Shown one piece after another: positions 44,618 through 53,878 of a stretch of 64,000 nt of DNA; position 1 is the first letter of the stretch; every line of letters begins with the position of its first letter. The stretch is taken from the NCBI GenBank assembly GCA_041742595.1, contig JBGSIJ010000003.1, positions 107,409 through 171,408 on the forward strand, in the 5' to 3' direction. The notes under the pieces are model-generated. The model saw only the letters and a list, made by a program, of their open reading frames with translations, was not told the DNA's origin and ran no database searches. The DNA is from Fimbriimonadaceae bacterium (lineage in GTDB: Bacteria; Armatimonadota; Fimbriimonadia; Fimbriimonadales; Fimbriimonadaceae). Position numbers and translations under genes: made by a program.

Positions 44618-45133
44618 CTAGTCCTGGATCACGACGATCAGTTCTTTGGGACCGTGAATCCCCCGAACCAGGATTCCCGCGATGTCCGCTGTTCGGCTTG
44701 GTCCGGTGATCAGAACGCTGGTCCTTCCGCTGAGAGCGGCGAGTCCCTCCTCCAGCGTCGCTACGATTTGGCTGCGACGAACGAGAACAACGTGGCGTGG
44801 CGGAGCCAGGCTTGCCAGTCGCGCCCGTCCGGGTCCCGCTGCGATCAGCAGGGACCCGGTTTCCGCGATCGCCAAGTCCGCGACCGTAACCCCCGTCTCG
44901 GCCTCCCAGACGTCGGACTGAGATCCCGTGGCAGGAAAGTCCACTCCCCCGTCCAAGTAGGTCTGGCCAAGGTCGGATGGCAAGTCGCCAAGCCGTCCTC
45001 CCACCGCCTCCAACCTTTCCCGGAATCGCTCCCAAAGGTCTTCCTGCGGAAGCGGAGCCCGTACCCAGACGGGTGGGCAAGCACCGGAAGCTGGCCTTGG
45101 CAGGCGAGCCAAAACACGACTACGAGCGTCCAC
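44618..45133 (-). CDS. lutC: Lactate utilization protein C (LUD domain, YkgG/LutC)
   Basis: The LUD domain is present and the gene overlaps the lutB stop. Confidence 0.75.
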   Translation of the reverse strand: MDARSRVLARLPRPASGACPPVWVRAPLPQEDLWERFRERLEAVGGRLGDLPSDLGQTYLDGGVDFPATGSQSDVWEAETGVTVADLAIAETGSLLIAAGPGRARLASLAPPRHVVLVRRSQIVATLEEGLAALSGRTSVLITGPSRTADIAGILVRGIHGPKELIVVIQD

Positions 45134-46469
45134 GCTGCCACCTCCGAAAGTCGCGTCCCGTTCGCGCCGGGAGTTCGCGGAACTCCGCCCATCCGCTCTT
45201 CATGGGATGCACTGCCACCTTACTGGCTAGGGGCAGCATGGTCAGACCCGCCCGCCAGAGCGCTGGTCTTGTCGCGCCCAACGCGTATGCGGCCCAAGGA
45301 GCGCTGTCCGATTCTGACTCCGCCGCTTGCCGACGGATGTCCAGCAACATTGCCGGAATTGGGATCTTCACCGGGCAGACTTCCTCGCACGCTCCGCAGA
45401 GCGTGGAAGCCTTGGCAAGATCGCCGAGAGCCGCAACGCCTTCGAGCGCCGGCGCCAACACCGCACCGAGGGGGCCAGAGTACACGTGCCCGTACGCGTG
45501 CCCGCTCGCCTGGCGGTAGACCGGGCACACGTTGAGGCAAGCCCCGCACCGAATGCAGCGCAGAATGTCCCGGTACGGCCCCTCCAGAATCCGGGATCGG
45601 CCGTTATCCAGAATGACCAGATGGACCTCTCTGGGCCCATCCGTCTCGTCGCCGCGCCGAGGCCCGGCGATGAAGTGGGTGTAGGTGGTCACCTGCTGCC
45701 CGGTGGCCGAGGCCGCAAGGAGTCGCAGGAAGAGCGCAAGGTCGGTTTCCCGAGGCAACACCTTCTCCAGGCCCATCAGGGCGATGTGGACCTCGGGAGC
45801 GGTGGTGGAGAACCGGTTGTTTCCCTCGTTCTCCACCAGGACCAGCCTCCCGGTCTCGGCGATCGCGAAGTTGACCCCGCTAATCCCGACCTCGGCTTCG
45901 CGGAACTTTGAGCGCAGCTTTGCGCGCGCCTGCATGGTCAGCTCCTCCGCAACCTCGCTATAGGGCCCAAGCCCTTCGCGTGAGAAGCTCTCGGCCACCT
46001 GCTTCAGGCTCTTGTGGATGATCGGGGCCACGATGTGGCTGGGGCGGTCGCCGTCGATCTGGACCACGTATTCGCCCAGGTCGGTCTCCGTGACCTCAAA
46101 TCCTCGCTCCTCCAGATACGGGTTGAGATGGATCTCCTCCGTAGCCATGGATTTGGCTTTAACCACTCGGCGTCGGTCCCCCGCCAGCCGCAGGATGATC
46201 TCGCGAGCCTCACGAGCATCCTCCGCCCAGTGGACCTGAATGCCGTTGCGTTCGCAGTTGGCCTCGAGTTGTTCCAGAAGCGGGCCGAGGTTGTCCAGGA
46301 CGTGGCTCTTGAGCTGAGCAGCGGCGGTCCGCGCCGCTTCCACGTCCCCCACGCTCTGGGGCAACATCGCCAGCCGCCGAACCACCTGGTTGACGGTGGC
46401 GGCACGGACGCTGTCCGTGGTCGACGGCGCGAGCTGACGGGCAAACCCTTCTACTCTCGAAGCCTTCAT
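45120..46469 (-). CDS. lutB: Lactate utilization protein B (iron-sulfur, YkgF/LutB)
   Basis: Two 4Fe-4S motifs (CIRCGACLNVCPV and CGACEEVCPVKIP) and a LUD/DUF162 N-domain are present. Confidence 0.8.
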   Translation of the reverse strand: MKASRVEGFARQLAPSTTDSVRAATVNQVVRRLAMLPQSVGDVEAARTAAAQLKSHVLDNLGPLLEQLEANCERNGIQVHWAEDAREAREIILRLAGDRRRVVKAKSMATEEIHLNPYLEERGFEVTETDLGEYVVQIDGDRPSHIVAPIIHKSLKQVAESFSREGLGPYSEVAEELTMQARAKLRSKFREAEVGISGVNFAIAETGRLVLVENEGNNRFSTTAPEVHIALMGLEKVLPRETDLALFLRLLAASATGQQVTTYTHFIAGPRRGDETDGPREVHLVILDNGRSRILEGPYRDILRCIRCGACLNVCPVYRQASGHAYGHVYSGPLGAVLAPALEGVAALGDLAKASTLCGACEEVCPVKIPIPAMLLDIRRQAAESESDSAPWAAYALGATRPALWRAGLTMLPLASKVAVHPMKSGWAEFRELPARTGRDFRRWQRGRS

Positions 46470-47176
46470 GGAAGCGTCTCCGCCAGAACCTCGGCAAAGT
46501 GACGAATCCGGAGAGTGCCTCCATCCCGGTCCTGCAACCCTTTAAGGTGCAGCAGACAGCCCATGTCCGTGCCAACCAGTTCCTCCGGTTGCGCGGCCAG
46601 AACGTTGAGTAGCTTCTCCTTGCCAATCCCTTGGCTGAGCTTTCCATGGGTCGCCGCGAAAGCTCCCCCGAATCCGCAGCACTGCTCGGGCTGGAGGAAC
46701 TCGACCAGCTCCAGTCCAGGAATCGAGGTAAGGAGCTGTCGATGCTCATCCCGAAGTCCGAGGCTGCGCCCGTGGCATCCGGGGTGAAGGGCTACTTTGC
46801 GCGGATACGGCTTGCTTGCCGGCCAAGTCGTGACCCCAAGCACGCGAACGATGAACTCACCCAGCTCGAACGCCCGCGCTGGGCCGTGCTGGCCGAAGAG
46901 TTGTGCGTACCCTTCGCGGACCATAGCCGTACAGGAACCGCTTGGCGCCACCAGGGGCACATCGTCGGTTTCCGGGAGTAGAACCGACCGGCAATGTTGG
47001 GCGATCTCCCGCGCCGCTTTCCAGTCTCCCGAGTTGAAAGGGGGCTGCCCGCAGCAGGTCTGGTTGGGCTCGAAGGCCACCTCGCAACCCAGATGCTCTA
47101 ACACGCGAACCGTGGCGATGCCCACCTCCCCGGCGAAGGCGTCGCAAAGACACGTGAGCATCAGGCGTACTTTCAT
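46466..47176 (-). CDS. lutA: Lactate utilization protein A (CCG-domain Fe-S oxidoreductase, YkgE/LutA)
   Basis: Two cysteine-rich CCG domains are present (…CLCDAF…, …CCGFGG…). The start overlaps the stop of the adjacent lutB. Confidence 0.8.
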   Translation of the reverse strand: MKVRLMLTCLCDAFAGEVGIATVRVLEHLGCEVAFEPNQTCCGQPPFNSGDWKAAREIAQHCRSVLLPETDDVPLVAPSGSCTAMVREGYAQLFGQHGPARAFELGEFIVRVLGVTTWPASKPYPRKVALHPGCHGRSLGLRDEHRQLLTSIPGLELVEFLQPEQCCGFGGAFAATHGKLSQGIGKEKLLNVLAAQPEELVGTDMGCLLHLKGLQDRDGGTLRIRHFAEVLAETLP

Positions 47177-48519
47177 TGGGGAAGGTACGTTCGCCGCTCG
47201 TAGGATCGGTCAAGGAGGGAAGCGAGTTCGTCGAGGCTGGAGACTCGCCCGCTCGCTAGCAATTGAAGTCCAAGGTTGCCAAGAACGGTGGCCTCCACCG
47301 GCCCGGCTACCACCGGCAAGCCGCTGAGGTTGGCGAGGCCTTGGCAGAAAGTCTCGCTCTGCGAGCCGCCACCGGCTACCCGGATGCGCGAGACCTTGCG
47401 GCCCGTAACCATCTCGACCGCCGCGGGCTGGGCCGCTACCGCGCGGGCAAGGCTCTGAACGGCAAGGTGCGCCCACTGGCCATGGGTCTGCGGACACTGC
47501 TTGAGCAGGCCCGTACAGGTCTCCACCATCGAGGCCGGATTGAAGAAATCCTCGTGGAAAAGGTCCACCGTGTCCTCGAAAGGCATCGCGGAGGCCAACC
47601 ACTGCGGCACCGGCACTGGGATCTCCAACTCCTCATGGAGCCGATTGATCACGTAGAAACCGGGGATGTTCCGAAGAAGGCGAACCCGCCCATCGACCGT
47701 GCGCTCGTTGGTGAAGCCGAGGGAGTCCGCCAGCGGGGTCGCGATCGGCTTGTCGACCACGATCCCGGCCAGCGACCAGGTGCCAACATTGAGGAAGAGA
47801 TCGTCTTCCGCCAAGTGCCCAAACCCCGCCACCGCCGAGGCGGTGTCGTGGCTGCCTACGCTCACCAACCGACCGGTGCCCGAGACCGCTCCGCCAACTT
47901 GGCCAGCCCGCGACGGAGCAAGCGCGGGCACGGGCCATCCTGCGATTGCATAGGCCTCCCCGCACCATTGGTCGTCTAGCCCCATGAGCTGGGTGGTGCT
48001 GGCCTGGCTGGCCTCGAATCGGCGGTCTCCGCTCAGGAAGAATCCCAGAAGGTCGGGGAGCATCAGCCAGTCGCACGCCGTAAGCGCGGGGTTCTCCTGT
48101 CGCCTCGCCGCCAGCTGGTAGACAGTGTTGAAGGGCTGGTGTTGGATTCCCGTGAGCTCATAGAGCCGCGAGCGGTGCTCCCTGAGCGCGGCAAACTGCT
48201 GTGCGTGGCTGAGGTCTCGGTAGCAGACCACCGGCTGGGCAAGTCCGCCGTCCGCATCCAGGAACCCGTGGTCCACGCCCCAGGTGTCGATGCCGAGAGT
48301 CGAGGTCTTAAAGGTCGATTCCCCGTATTGCGCTGCGGATTGGCATAGCCCGAGAAGGGCTTGAAAGTCCCAACAAAGCCTGCCACCGATCTCGCTGGCA
48401 TGGTGGGAGCGTTGCTCGACCACGCGGAACTCGAGGCGACCGTCCTCGATCCAGCCCTCGGCGAACCGCCCCGAACTCGCCCCCAGATCCACCGCGATCG
48501 CGCCGAACTCCCGTGCCAC
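47173..48519 (-). CDS. rhaB: Rhamnulokinase (FGGY family)
   Basis: The motifs align well with E. coli RhaB: AVDLGASSGR, GIDTWGVD, VCYRD, GIQHQPFNT, VGSHDTASAV, AGPVEATVLGNLGLQL. Confidence 0.75.
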   Translation of the reverse strand: MAREFGAIAVDLGASSGRFAEGWIEDGRLEFRVVEQRSHHASEIGGRLCWDFQALLGLCQSAAQYGESTFKTSTLGIDTWGVDHGFLDADGGLAQPVVCYRDLSHAQQFAALREHRSRLYELTGIQHQPFNTVYQLAARRQENPALTACDWLMLPDLLGFFLSGDRRFEASQASTTQLMGLDDQWCGEAYAIAGWPVPALAPSRAGQVGGAVSGTGRLVSVGSHDTASAVAGFGHLAEDDLFLNVGTWSLAGIVVDKPIATPLADSLGFTNERTVDGRVRLLRNIPGFYVINRLHEELEIPVPVPQWLASAMPFEDTVDLFHEDFFNPASMVETCTGLLKQCPQTHGQWAHLAVQSLARAVAAQPAAVEMVTGRKVSRIRVAGGGSQSETFCQGLANLSGLPVVAGPVEATVLGNLGLQLLASGRVSSLDELASLLDRSYERRTYLPQ

Positions 48520-48558
48520 GCGCGTGAGCTTACACCCCGCCCGGTACCCTTGTTAGCT

Positions 48559-49527
48559 ATGGCGATCACCCCGATGCGATGGCATGACGGAGAACTCCTC
48601 CTGCTTGACCAGCGCGTTCTCCCTCGGCAAACGGTCTGGCTGACGCTGAGGACGTCGGTCGACGTCGTCCACGCCATCAAGGACATGGCGGTCCGGGGCG
48701 CCCCCGCCATTGGGATCGCCGCCGCCTACGGGATGGCCCTCGCCGCTCAGGGTGGGGAAGACCTCGCTCAAGCCAGCGAGGATCTGGCTGCCTCTCGACC
48801 AACCGCGGTCAACCTGTTCTGGGCCCTCGACCGTATCGCGAAGCTAGGCGCCACGGACCCCGAGGCCATCCTCGCGGAGGCCCAAGCCATCGAACGAGAG
48901 GATCTCGCCATGAATCAAGCGATCGGCGACCATGGTGCTTTCGTTATCAAGAATGGCTGGAACGTCCTCACCATCTGCAACACCGGCGCCCTGGCCACCG
49001 CTGGGCACGGCACGGCGCTCGGGGTGATCCGATCTGCCCACCAGCAGGGCAAAGCCATCCACGTCTACTCGTGCGAAACCCGCCCCCGGCAGCAGGGCCT
49101 GCGCCTTACCGCCTACGAGCTGCTCGACGAAGGAATACCCTTCCACAGCATCGCCGACGGGGCTGCGGCGAGCCTCATGCGCGCTGGCAAGGTGGACTGC
49201 GTGATCGCCGGAGCCGATCGGATCACCGCCAACGGAGACACCGCCAACAAGCTCGGAACCTACATGCTGGCGGTCCTCGCCATGCACCACGGCATCCCGT
49301 TCTACATTGCCGCGCCTTCCTCGACCCTGGACCCGAGCCTTGCTACCGGCGACCTGATTCCGATCGAGGAACGCTCGGGCGAGGAACTCACCCACATCGA
49401 GGGTGTACCGGTGGGGCCGGAGGGATGCCCGGTGTTCAACCCCGCCTTCGACGTCACCCCGGGCGAGCTGATCACCGCAATCATTACAGAAAGAGGCATA
49501 TTCACCGAACCTTATCGATTCCAGTGA
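48559..49527 (+). CDS. mtnA: S-methyl-5-thioribose-1-phosphate isomerase (eIF-2B alpha/beta/delta family)
   Basis: The start is at internal M67 (MAITPMRWHDGELLLLDQR…). Motifs GAPAIG, CNTGALAT and GADRITANGDTANKLGTY are present. Confidence 0.75.
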   Translation: MAITPMRWHDGELLLLDQRVLPRQTVWLTLRTSVDVVHAIKDMAVRGAPAIGIAAAYGMALAAQGGEDLAQASEDLAASRPTAVNLFWALDRIAKLGATDPEAILAEAQAIEREDLAMNQAIGDHGAFVIKNGWNVLTICNTGALATAGHGTALGVIRSAHQQGKAIHVYSCETRPRQQGLRLTAYELLDEGIPFHSIADGAAASLMRAGKVDCVIAGADRITANGDTANKLGTYMLAVLAMHHGIPFYIAAPSSTLDPSLATGDLIPIEERSGEELTHIEGVPVGPEGCPVFNPAFDVTPGELITAIITERGIFTEPYRFQ

Positions 49528-49541
49528 ACACTGAATAGACG

Positions 49542-50360
49542 ATGGTCCAACTCGCGGCCTTGTTGGTTCTGACAACTCTCTCCGCCCCAATGGACGGCGA
49601 GGATGCCGTGGCCAGAGCGCGCGGCTGGCTTGCCAAGGTTGGCGTGCGAGACAAACTCCTTACGACCCAGCTGTCCCACAGTCCCGCCAAGTGGCTAGGG
49701 GCGCCCAAGGCCTGGTGGGTGGGATTCCGCTCGGAGAAGGGGCGAACTTGGTCGCTCATCATGGCCGATGACGGCACGGTTCTGAAAATGAACTCGTTCC
49801 CAGACCGGACGCCGGTAGCGGCCGGCACGAATCCTGCGATCGCCCAGGATCTGCTGCAACGTGCCGCGGGCAAGCTTCCTGTTCGCTTATCCAACTGCGG
49901 CGGGGCCAACGCGAGGTTCGCCTCGACCCACAAAGGGAAGCCCTACTTCAACCTCAATCCGCTCTGGGGAGTGTTGATTTCCTTCGACCCGGCCAAGGGT
50001 GAACTCCTTTCGTATCTTCGCCAGACAGCGGTGCCCGAAGTGCATTCGGAGCAACCCTTAGTTTCTGAGGGCGTCGCCAAGTCCAAGCTCGTGGCCTGGG
50101 CGAAGTCCAACGCCAAAACGAATACCGTGGCAGGTTGGCTAGTCGAGCCCTGGCCCGGTCTTCGTCGCTACCCTCGGATCGAGCTGGGCTACTACCGATT
50201 CCGGAACGCCAAAAAAGCAGACCTGGTGTATCGGGCCCAGGTGATGCAGCAGGCAGGGACTGGCGAGCCTTTCGAGCAAGGCCCTCTTCCCGTTTATGTC
50301 GACGCCCGAACCGGCGCGCTCCGCGACCACGACGACCCCGCAACGGGAGGAAAGCGATGA
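49542..50360 (+). CDS. Secreted hypothetical protein with PepSY-like repeats
   Basis: It has a signal peptide and a C-terminal PepSY-like segment (…PVYVDARTGALRD). Confidence 0.45.
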   Translation: MVQLAALLVLTTLSAPMDGEDAVARARGWLAKVGVRDKLLTTQLSHSPAKWLGAPKAWWVGFRSEKGRTWSLIMADDGTVLKMNSFPDRTPVAAGTNPAIAQDLLQRAAGKLPVRLSNCGGANARFASTHKGKPYFNLNPLWGVLISFDPAKGELLSYLRQTAVPEVHSEQPLVSEGVAKSKLVAWAKSNAKTNTVAGWLVEPWPGLRRYPRIELGYYRFRNAKKADLVYRAQVMQQAGTGEPFEQGPLPVYVDARTGALRDHDDPATGGKR

Positions 50361-51193
50361 ACCTGCTGATCGCCCTGTTGCTCCTTGGCCCGATCACCGG
50401 CGACCAAGCCGACCAGATCGCCCGACGCTTCTTGGCCAAAGCCTCCGTACCCGGGCCGTACCGGCTCCAGCGCCTCAACGGAATCGATGGCTCGATGATG
50501 TCGGCGTTCAACCTGGCGTACACAACCAAAGCCGGTGCTTACGAACTCTATGTTCGCCGCAACGATGGGGGCGTGAGGCTCGCCATCCAGACTCATCCGC
50601 CGCTCAAGGACCTCGGCACGATGCCCGCGGGGCGCAAGGATTACCTCCCGGCTGGCCGCATGGACATCCAAGCCGTTCGATTTGCCCTCAAGAAGCTAGG
50701 CCTTCCTGGGGACGCAATGGGCGAAGCCCCGGGCTCTACCCGAGGTCAGGGGTGCGTTTCGGTCCGAATGGCGTTTCTTGCCGGCGGTCGACGAGTGTTT
50801 GTCGGACCCATGATGGTTGGAGTTGGCCTGATCTTGGCCGGCAAACGAGTTCTCTCCTACGACGACTCGATCAGCATGCCTCGAGTCGCCCTTGCCGAGC
50901 CCCGCATCTCCGCCGACAAGGCGGTCGAAGCCCTCCGCGCTGCGGCGACGCCGAAGGATGGTCGGGCCAAGCTCTTTTCGTTTCAGCCGGTTCGCACGCC
51001 GGAGTTGATCTACTACACCCCCCAAGCCAGTGAGCCTGCCCGGCTGTGTTGGTATGTGCCCGCCGTCGTCCAGATCGATGTGGGCTATAGCGTTCGCGGC
51101 GGTGGTCGCACGGTACTGGTCGATGCCCAAACCGGTGTGCCCGTCGAGGTTGCCGTGCAGCTCTCGGACGGCGACGTCTGGCGAAGGCCGTAA
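50357..51193 (+). CDS. Secreted PepSY-domain protein (paralogous architecture to the upstream gene)
   Basis: An ATGA overlap joins it to the upstream gene. The N-terminus is MNLLIALLLLGPITG. PepSY-like motifs are ISADKAVEALRAA… and VLVDAQTGVPVEV. Confidence 0.5.
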   Translation: MNLLIALLLLGPITGDQADQIARRFLAKASVPGPYRLQRLNGIDGSMMSAFNLAYTTKAGAYELYVRRNDGGVRLAIQTHPPLKDLGTMPAGRKDYLPAGRMDIQAVRFALKKLGLPGDAMGEAPGSTRGQGCVSVRMAFLAGGRRVFVGPMMVGVGLILAGKRVLSYDDSISMPRVALAEPRISADKAVEALRAAATPKDGRAKLFSFQPVRTPELIYYTPQASEPARLCWYVPAVVQIDVGYSVRGGGRTVLVDAQTGVPVEVAVQLSDGDVWRRP

Positions 51194-51203
51194 ACTCCCA
51201 GGC

Positions 51204-52496
51204 ATGGACATCCAGAGCATCCTTGCCAAGCGTCGCGACGCCGGGCAACACACACCCGAGGAACTATGGTTCTTGGCAACCGGGGCAGGGAAGGGGACCA
51301 TCCCCGACTACCAGCTCGCCGCCTGGTTGATGGCCGCCTACCTGAACCCTCTGGATGTCGACGAGACCGCTTGGCTAACCGTTGCCATGGCGGACAGCGG
51401 GGAGAGGATGGACCTGGAAGGTTTGCCCAAGCCATGGGTAGACAAGCACAGCACCGGCGGAGTCGGAGACAAAACCACGCTGGTCCTCTTGCCGCTCCTA
51501 GCCGCCTGCGGCCTAACCGTCCTTAAAATGAGCGGCCGCGGCCTTGGGATCACGGGTGGGACGATCGATAAGCTGTCGGCGGTCCCCGGCTTTCGTACCG
51601 ATCTTGCGCCCTCGGAGCTGAAGGAGCAGGCGAAGCGCATCGGCATCGCCCTCACCGGCCAGACCCCGGACCTTGCGCCTGCCGACAAGGCGCTCTACGC
51701 ATTGCGCGATGTGACCGCGACCGTCGCCAGCATCCCGCTCATCGTAAGCAGCATCCTCAGCAAGAAGATCGCCGGCGGCGCGGAGACGATCGTGCTGGAC
51801 GTGAAATGCGGCTCCGGTGCGTTCATGCCGAACCTCGCGGAGGCGCGCAAGCTAGCCGATGCCCTACAGGAGACGGGGACGCGCTGCGGGGTGACCGTGC
51901 GAGTGGCGATTAGCGATATGGACCAGCCCCTGGGCTCGGCCTGCGGGAACGCGTTGGAGGTCGAGGAAGCCCGCCGGATCCTCACCAACGCTTCGCTCAA
52001 TCCAAACGAGGCTCGCTTCCGTCAACTCTGCGTTTCGCTCTGCGCCCTGACCCTGACGGCCAGCGGGCAGACCCCCACAGAGGAGGCAGGGTCGGCGATG
52101 GCAGAAGCCGCGCTCACCTCCGGGAGGGCCGCGAACAAGGCCCGTGAATGGTTCTCCGCCCAGGGCGGCGACTTCGGAGCAAACTGGCTAGAGTCGCGCA
52201 CGGAGGCCGTCTTTGTCGCAGACACCGCGGGCTGGATCTCCGAGATTCACGCTGGGAAGGTGGGTGAGTTGGTCGTCGAACTCGGCGGCGGTCGCCGCCG
52301 CAAGGAGGACGTCCTCGATCTCCAGGTTGGGGTCACGATCCCCCAGCCCGTGGGTTCGCGTGTAGAGGCCGGCGATCTTTTGGCTACGGTATACGCCAAG
52401 GATCAGCGTGCGGCAGACCAGGCCATGGCCGCCCTGCGCGAAGCCATCCGCGTGACCCCGGTCCAAGTGACAGAGCGACCCCTCTTTCTAGGCTGA
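51204..52496 (+). CDS. pdp: Pyrimidine-nucleoside (thymidine) phosphorylase
   Basis: The start is at internal M59 (MDIQSILAKRR…). The motif HSTGGVGDKT and glycosyl transferase family 3 domains are present. Confidence 0.85.
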   Translation: MDIQSILAKRRDAGQHTPEELWFLATGAGKGTIPDYQLAAWLMAAYLNPLDVDETAWLTVAMADSGERMDLEGLPKPWVDKHSTGGVGDKTTLVLLPLLAACGLTVLKMSGRGLGITGGTIDKLSAVPGFRTDLAPSELKEQAKRIGIALTGQTPDLAPADKALYALRDVTATVASIPLIVSSILSKKIAGGAETIVLDVKCGSGAFMPNLAEARKLADALQETGTRCGVTVRVAISDMDQPLGSACGNALEVEEARRILTNASLNPNEARFRQLCVSLCALTLTASGQTPTEEAGSAMAEAALTSGRAANKAREWFSAQGGDFGANWLESRTEAVFVADTAGWISEIHAGKVGELVVELGGGRRRKEDVLDLQVGVTIPQPVGSRVEAGDLLATVYAKDQRAADQAMAALREAIRVTPVQVTERPLFLG

Positions 52497-52514
52497 GCAT
52501 CTGGAGCGCGGGAT

Positions 52515-52787
52515 TCAGCCCGCATTCGGACTCCGGACTTCAGTCCGGTCCGAACCAGATCTGAAGCTCCGCCCCAGGTAAGCGTAGCCAAGCCCCAAGT
52601 TGACTAGGATAAGTACCTTTGCCACAATCTCCCAGGGCGAGACTACCACTCCCACTTTACGACCACCGGGACCGGGGAAGTCCGTGTACAACCAGCCCAT
52701 GAAGTGCGGAAGGTCGGAAAGCAGGAACCCAATGAGTACGAATCCAAACGTGGCTAGGAGCGCAAAGCGAAACCCCTTCATCTCCAT
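52515..52787 (-). CDS. Possible small membrane protein (low confidence)
   Basis: It has hydrophobic segments but starts immediately downstream of the rpsI terminator with no room for a promoter. It may be spurious. Confidence 0.2.
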   Translation of the reverse strand: MEMKGFRFALLATFGFVLIGFLLSDLPHFMGWLYTDFPGPGGRKVGVVVSPWEIVAKVLILVNLGLGYAYLGRSFRSGSDRTEVRSPNAG

Positions 52788-52800
52788 AACATCGTAATGC

Positions 52801-52840
52801 AAAAACAAAACCCCGCCTGCCCGAAAAGGACAAGCGGGGC
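52801..52840 (-). terminator. Rho-independent terminator after rpsI
   Basis: On the minus strand, the stem CCCCGC…GCGGGG is followed by TTTTGTTTTT. Confidence 0.55.
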
Positions 52841-52860
52841 CATGGGCAGAGCGTGACGGC

Positions 52861-53256
52861 TCAGCGCTTAACGAACTGGAAGCCACGGCGTGCTTTCTTG
52901 CGGCCGTACTTCTTGGATTCCTTGATGCGCGAATCGCGCGTCAGGAAGCCGGCGGGCTTGAGGTCCTTGCGGAACTCGGCGTCGATCTCGAGCAGGGCGC
53001 GAGAAATGCCAAGGCGGATTGCGCCGGCCTGGCCGCTGATACCGCCGCCCTTGGCGGTGGCCTTGATGTCGTAGCGTCCGTCGAGTCCGAGGTGGACGAG
53101 CGGGCTCTTGACGAGGATCTCCAGCACGGGGCGGCCGAGATAGGCCTTGAACTCCTTGCCGTTGATGATGATGTTGCCTTCGCCCGGGCTAACCCAGACG
53201 CGGGCTACCGCTCGCTTGCGGCGTCCGGTTCCGTAGGGGGTGCTTGCTGCTGCCAT
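52861..53256 (-). CDS. rpsI: 30S ribosomal protein S9
   Basis: The canonical S9 sequence is present, ending …[14 protein letters not shown]. Confidence 0.9.
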   Translation of the reverse strand: MAAASTPYGTGRRKRAVARVWVSPGEGNIIINGKEFKAYLGRPVLEILVKSPLVHLGLDGRYDIKATAKGGGISGQAGAIRLGISRALLEIDAEFRKDLKPAGFLTRDSRIKESKKYGRKKARRGFQFVKR

Positions 53257-53259
53257 AGG

Positions 53260-53697
53260 TTAGTCCTTCTTAATGCTAAGCGGCTCCGGATTCTGGGCCG
53301 CGTGCGGGTGGTCGGGGCCTGCGTAGACCTTGAGCTTGGTGATGATCTGCTTGCCGAGCTTGGTCTTGGGGGTCATGCCCCAAACGGCCTTTTCGATCAG
53401 CTGAACGGGATCCTTCTCGAGCAGGGTGCCTCGCGAAACGTTGCGAAGACCGCCGGGCCAGCCGGTGTGCCAGTAGATGAGCTCGTCCTGCTTGTTTCCG
53501 GTGAGCACCGCCTTATCGGCGTTGATGATCACCACGAAGTCGCCAGCGTCCACGTTGTAGGCGAACGTCGGTTTGTGCTTGCCGCGGATGACCTGGGCAA
53601 CTTGGCCAGCCAGTCGGCCGACGGGGATCCCGGCGGCGTCCACGACGTACCACTTGCGGTCGACGCTCCCTCCTTTCGGGGTAGTAGTTCTGTTCAT
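53260..53697 (-). CDS. rplM: 50S ribosomal protein L13
   Basis: The canonical L13 motifs are present (…KWYVVDA…; …HTGWPGGL…). Confidence 0.9.
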   Translation of the reverse strand: MNRTTTPKGGSVDRKWYVVDAAGIPVGRLAGQVAQVIRGKHKPTFAYNVDAGDFVVIINADKAVLTGNKQDELIYWHTGWPGGLRNVSRGTLLEKDPVQLIEKAVWGMTPKTKLGKQIITKLKVYAGPDHPHAAQNPEPLSIKKD

Positions 53698-53878
53698 GAT
53701 TTCTTCTTTCTTGAGTTGGGCGGGGCCCGGTCAGGCATAGGGTGCGTCGTTCCTCCGAGGTCGTCGCGATGGATCGCGGCGCGGGTGCCGACCTTCCTTG
53801 GGAACGAGTAAAGGAAGATCGCTTCCGGCAATTGCGGGCGATGGTTCTGGCCGGGGGCCGGTCGCTTGCGCAGTAAGC

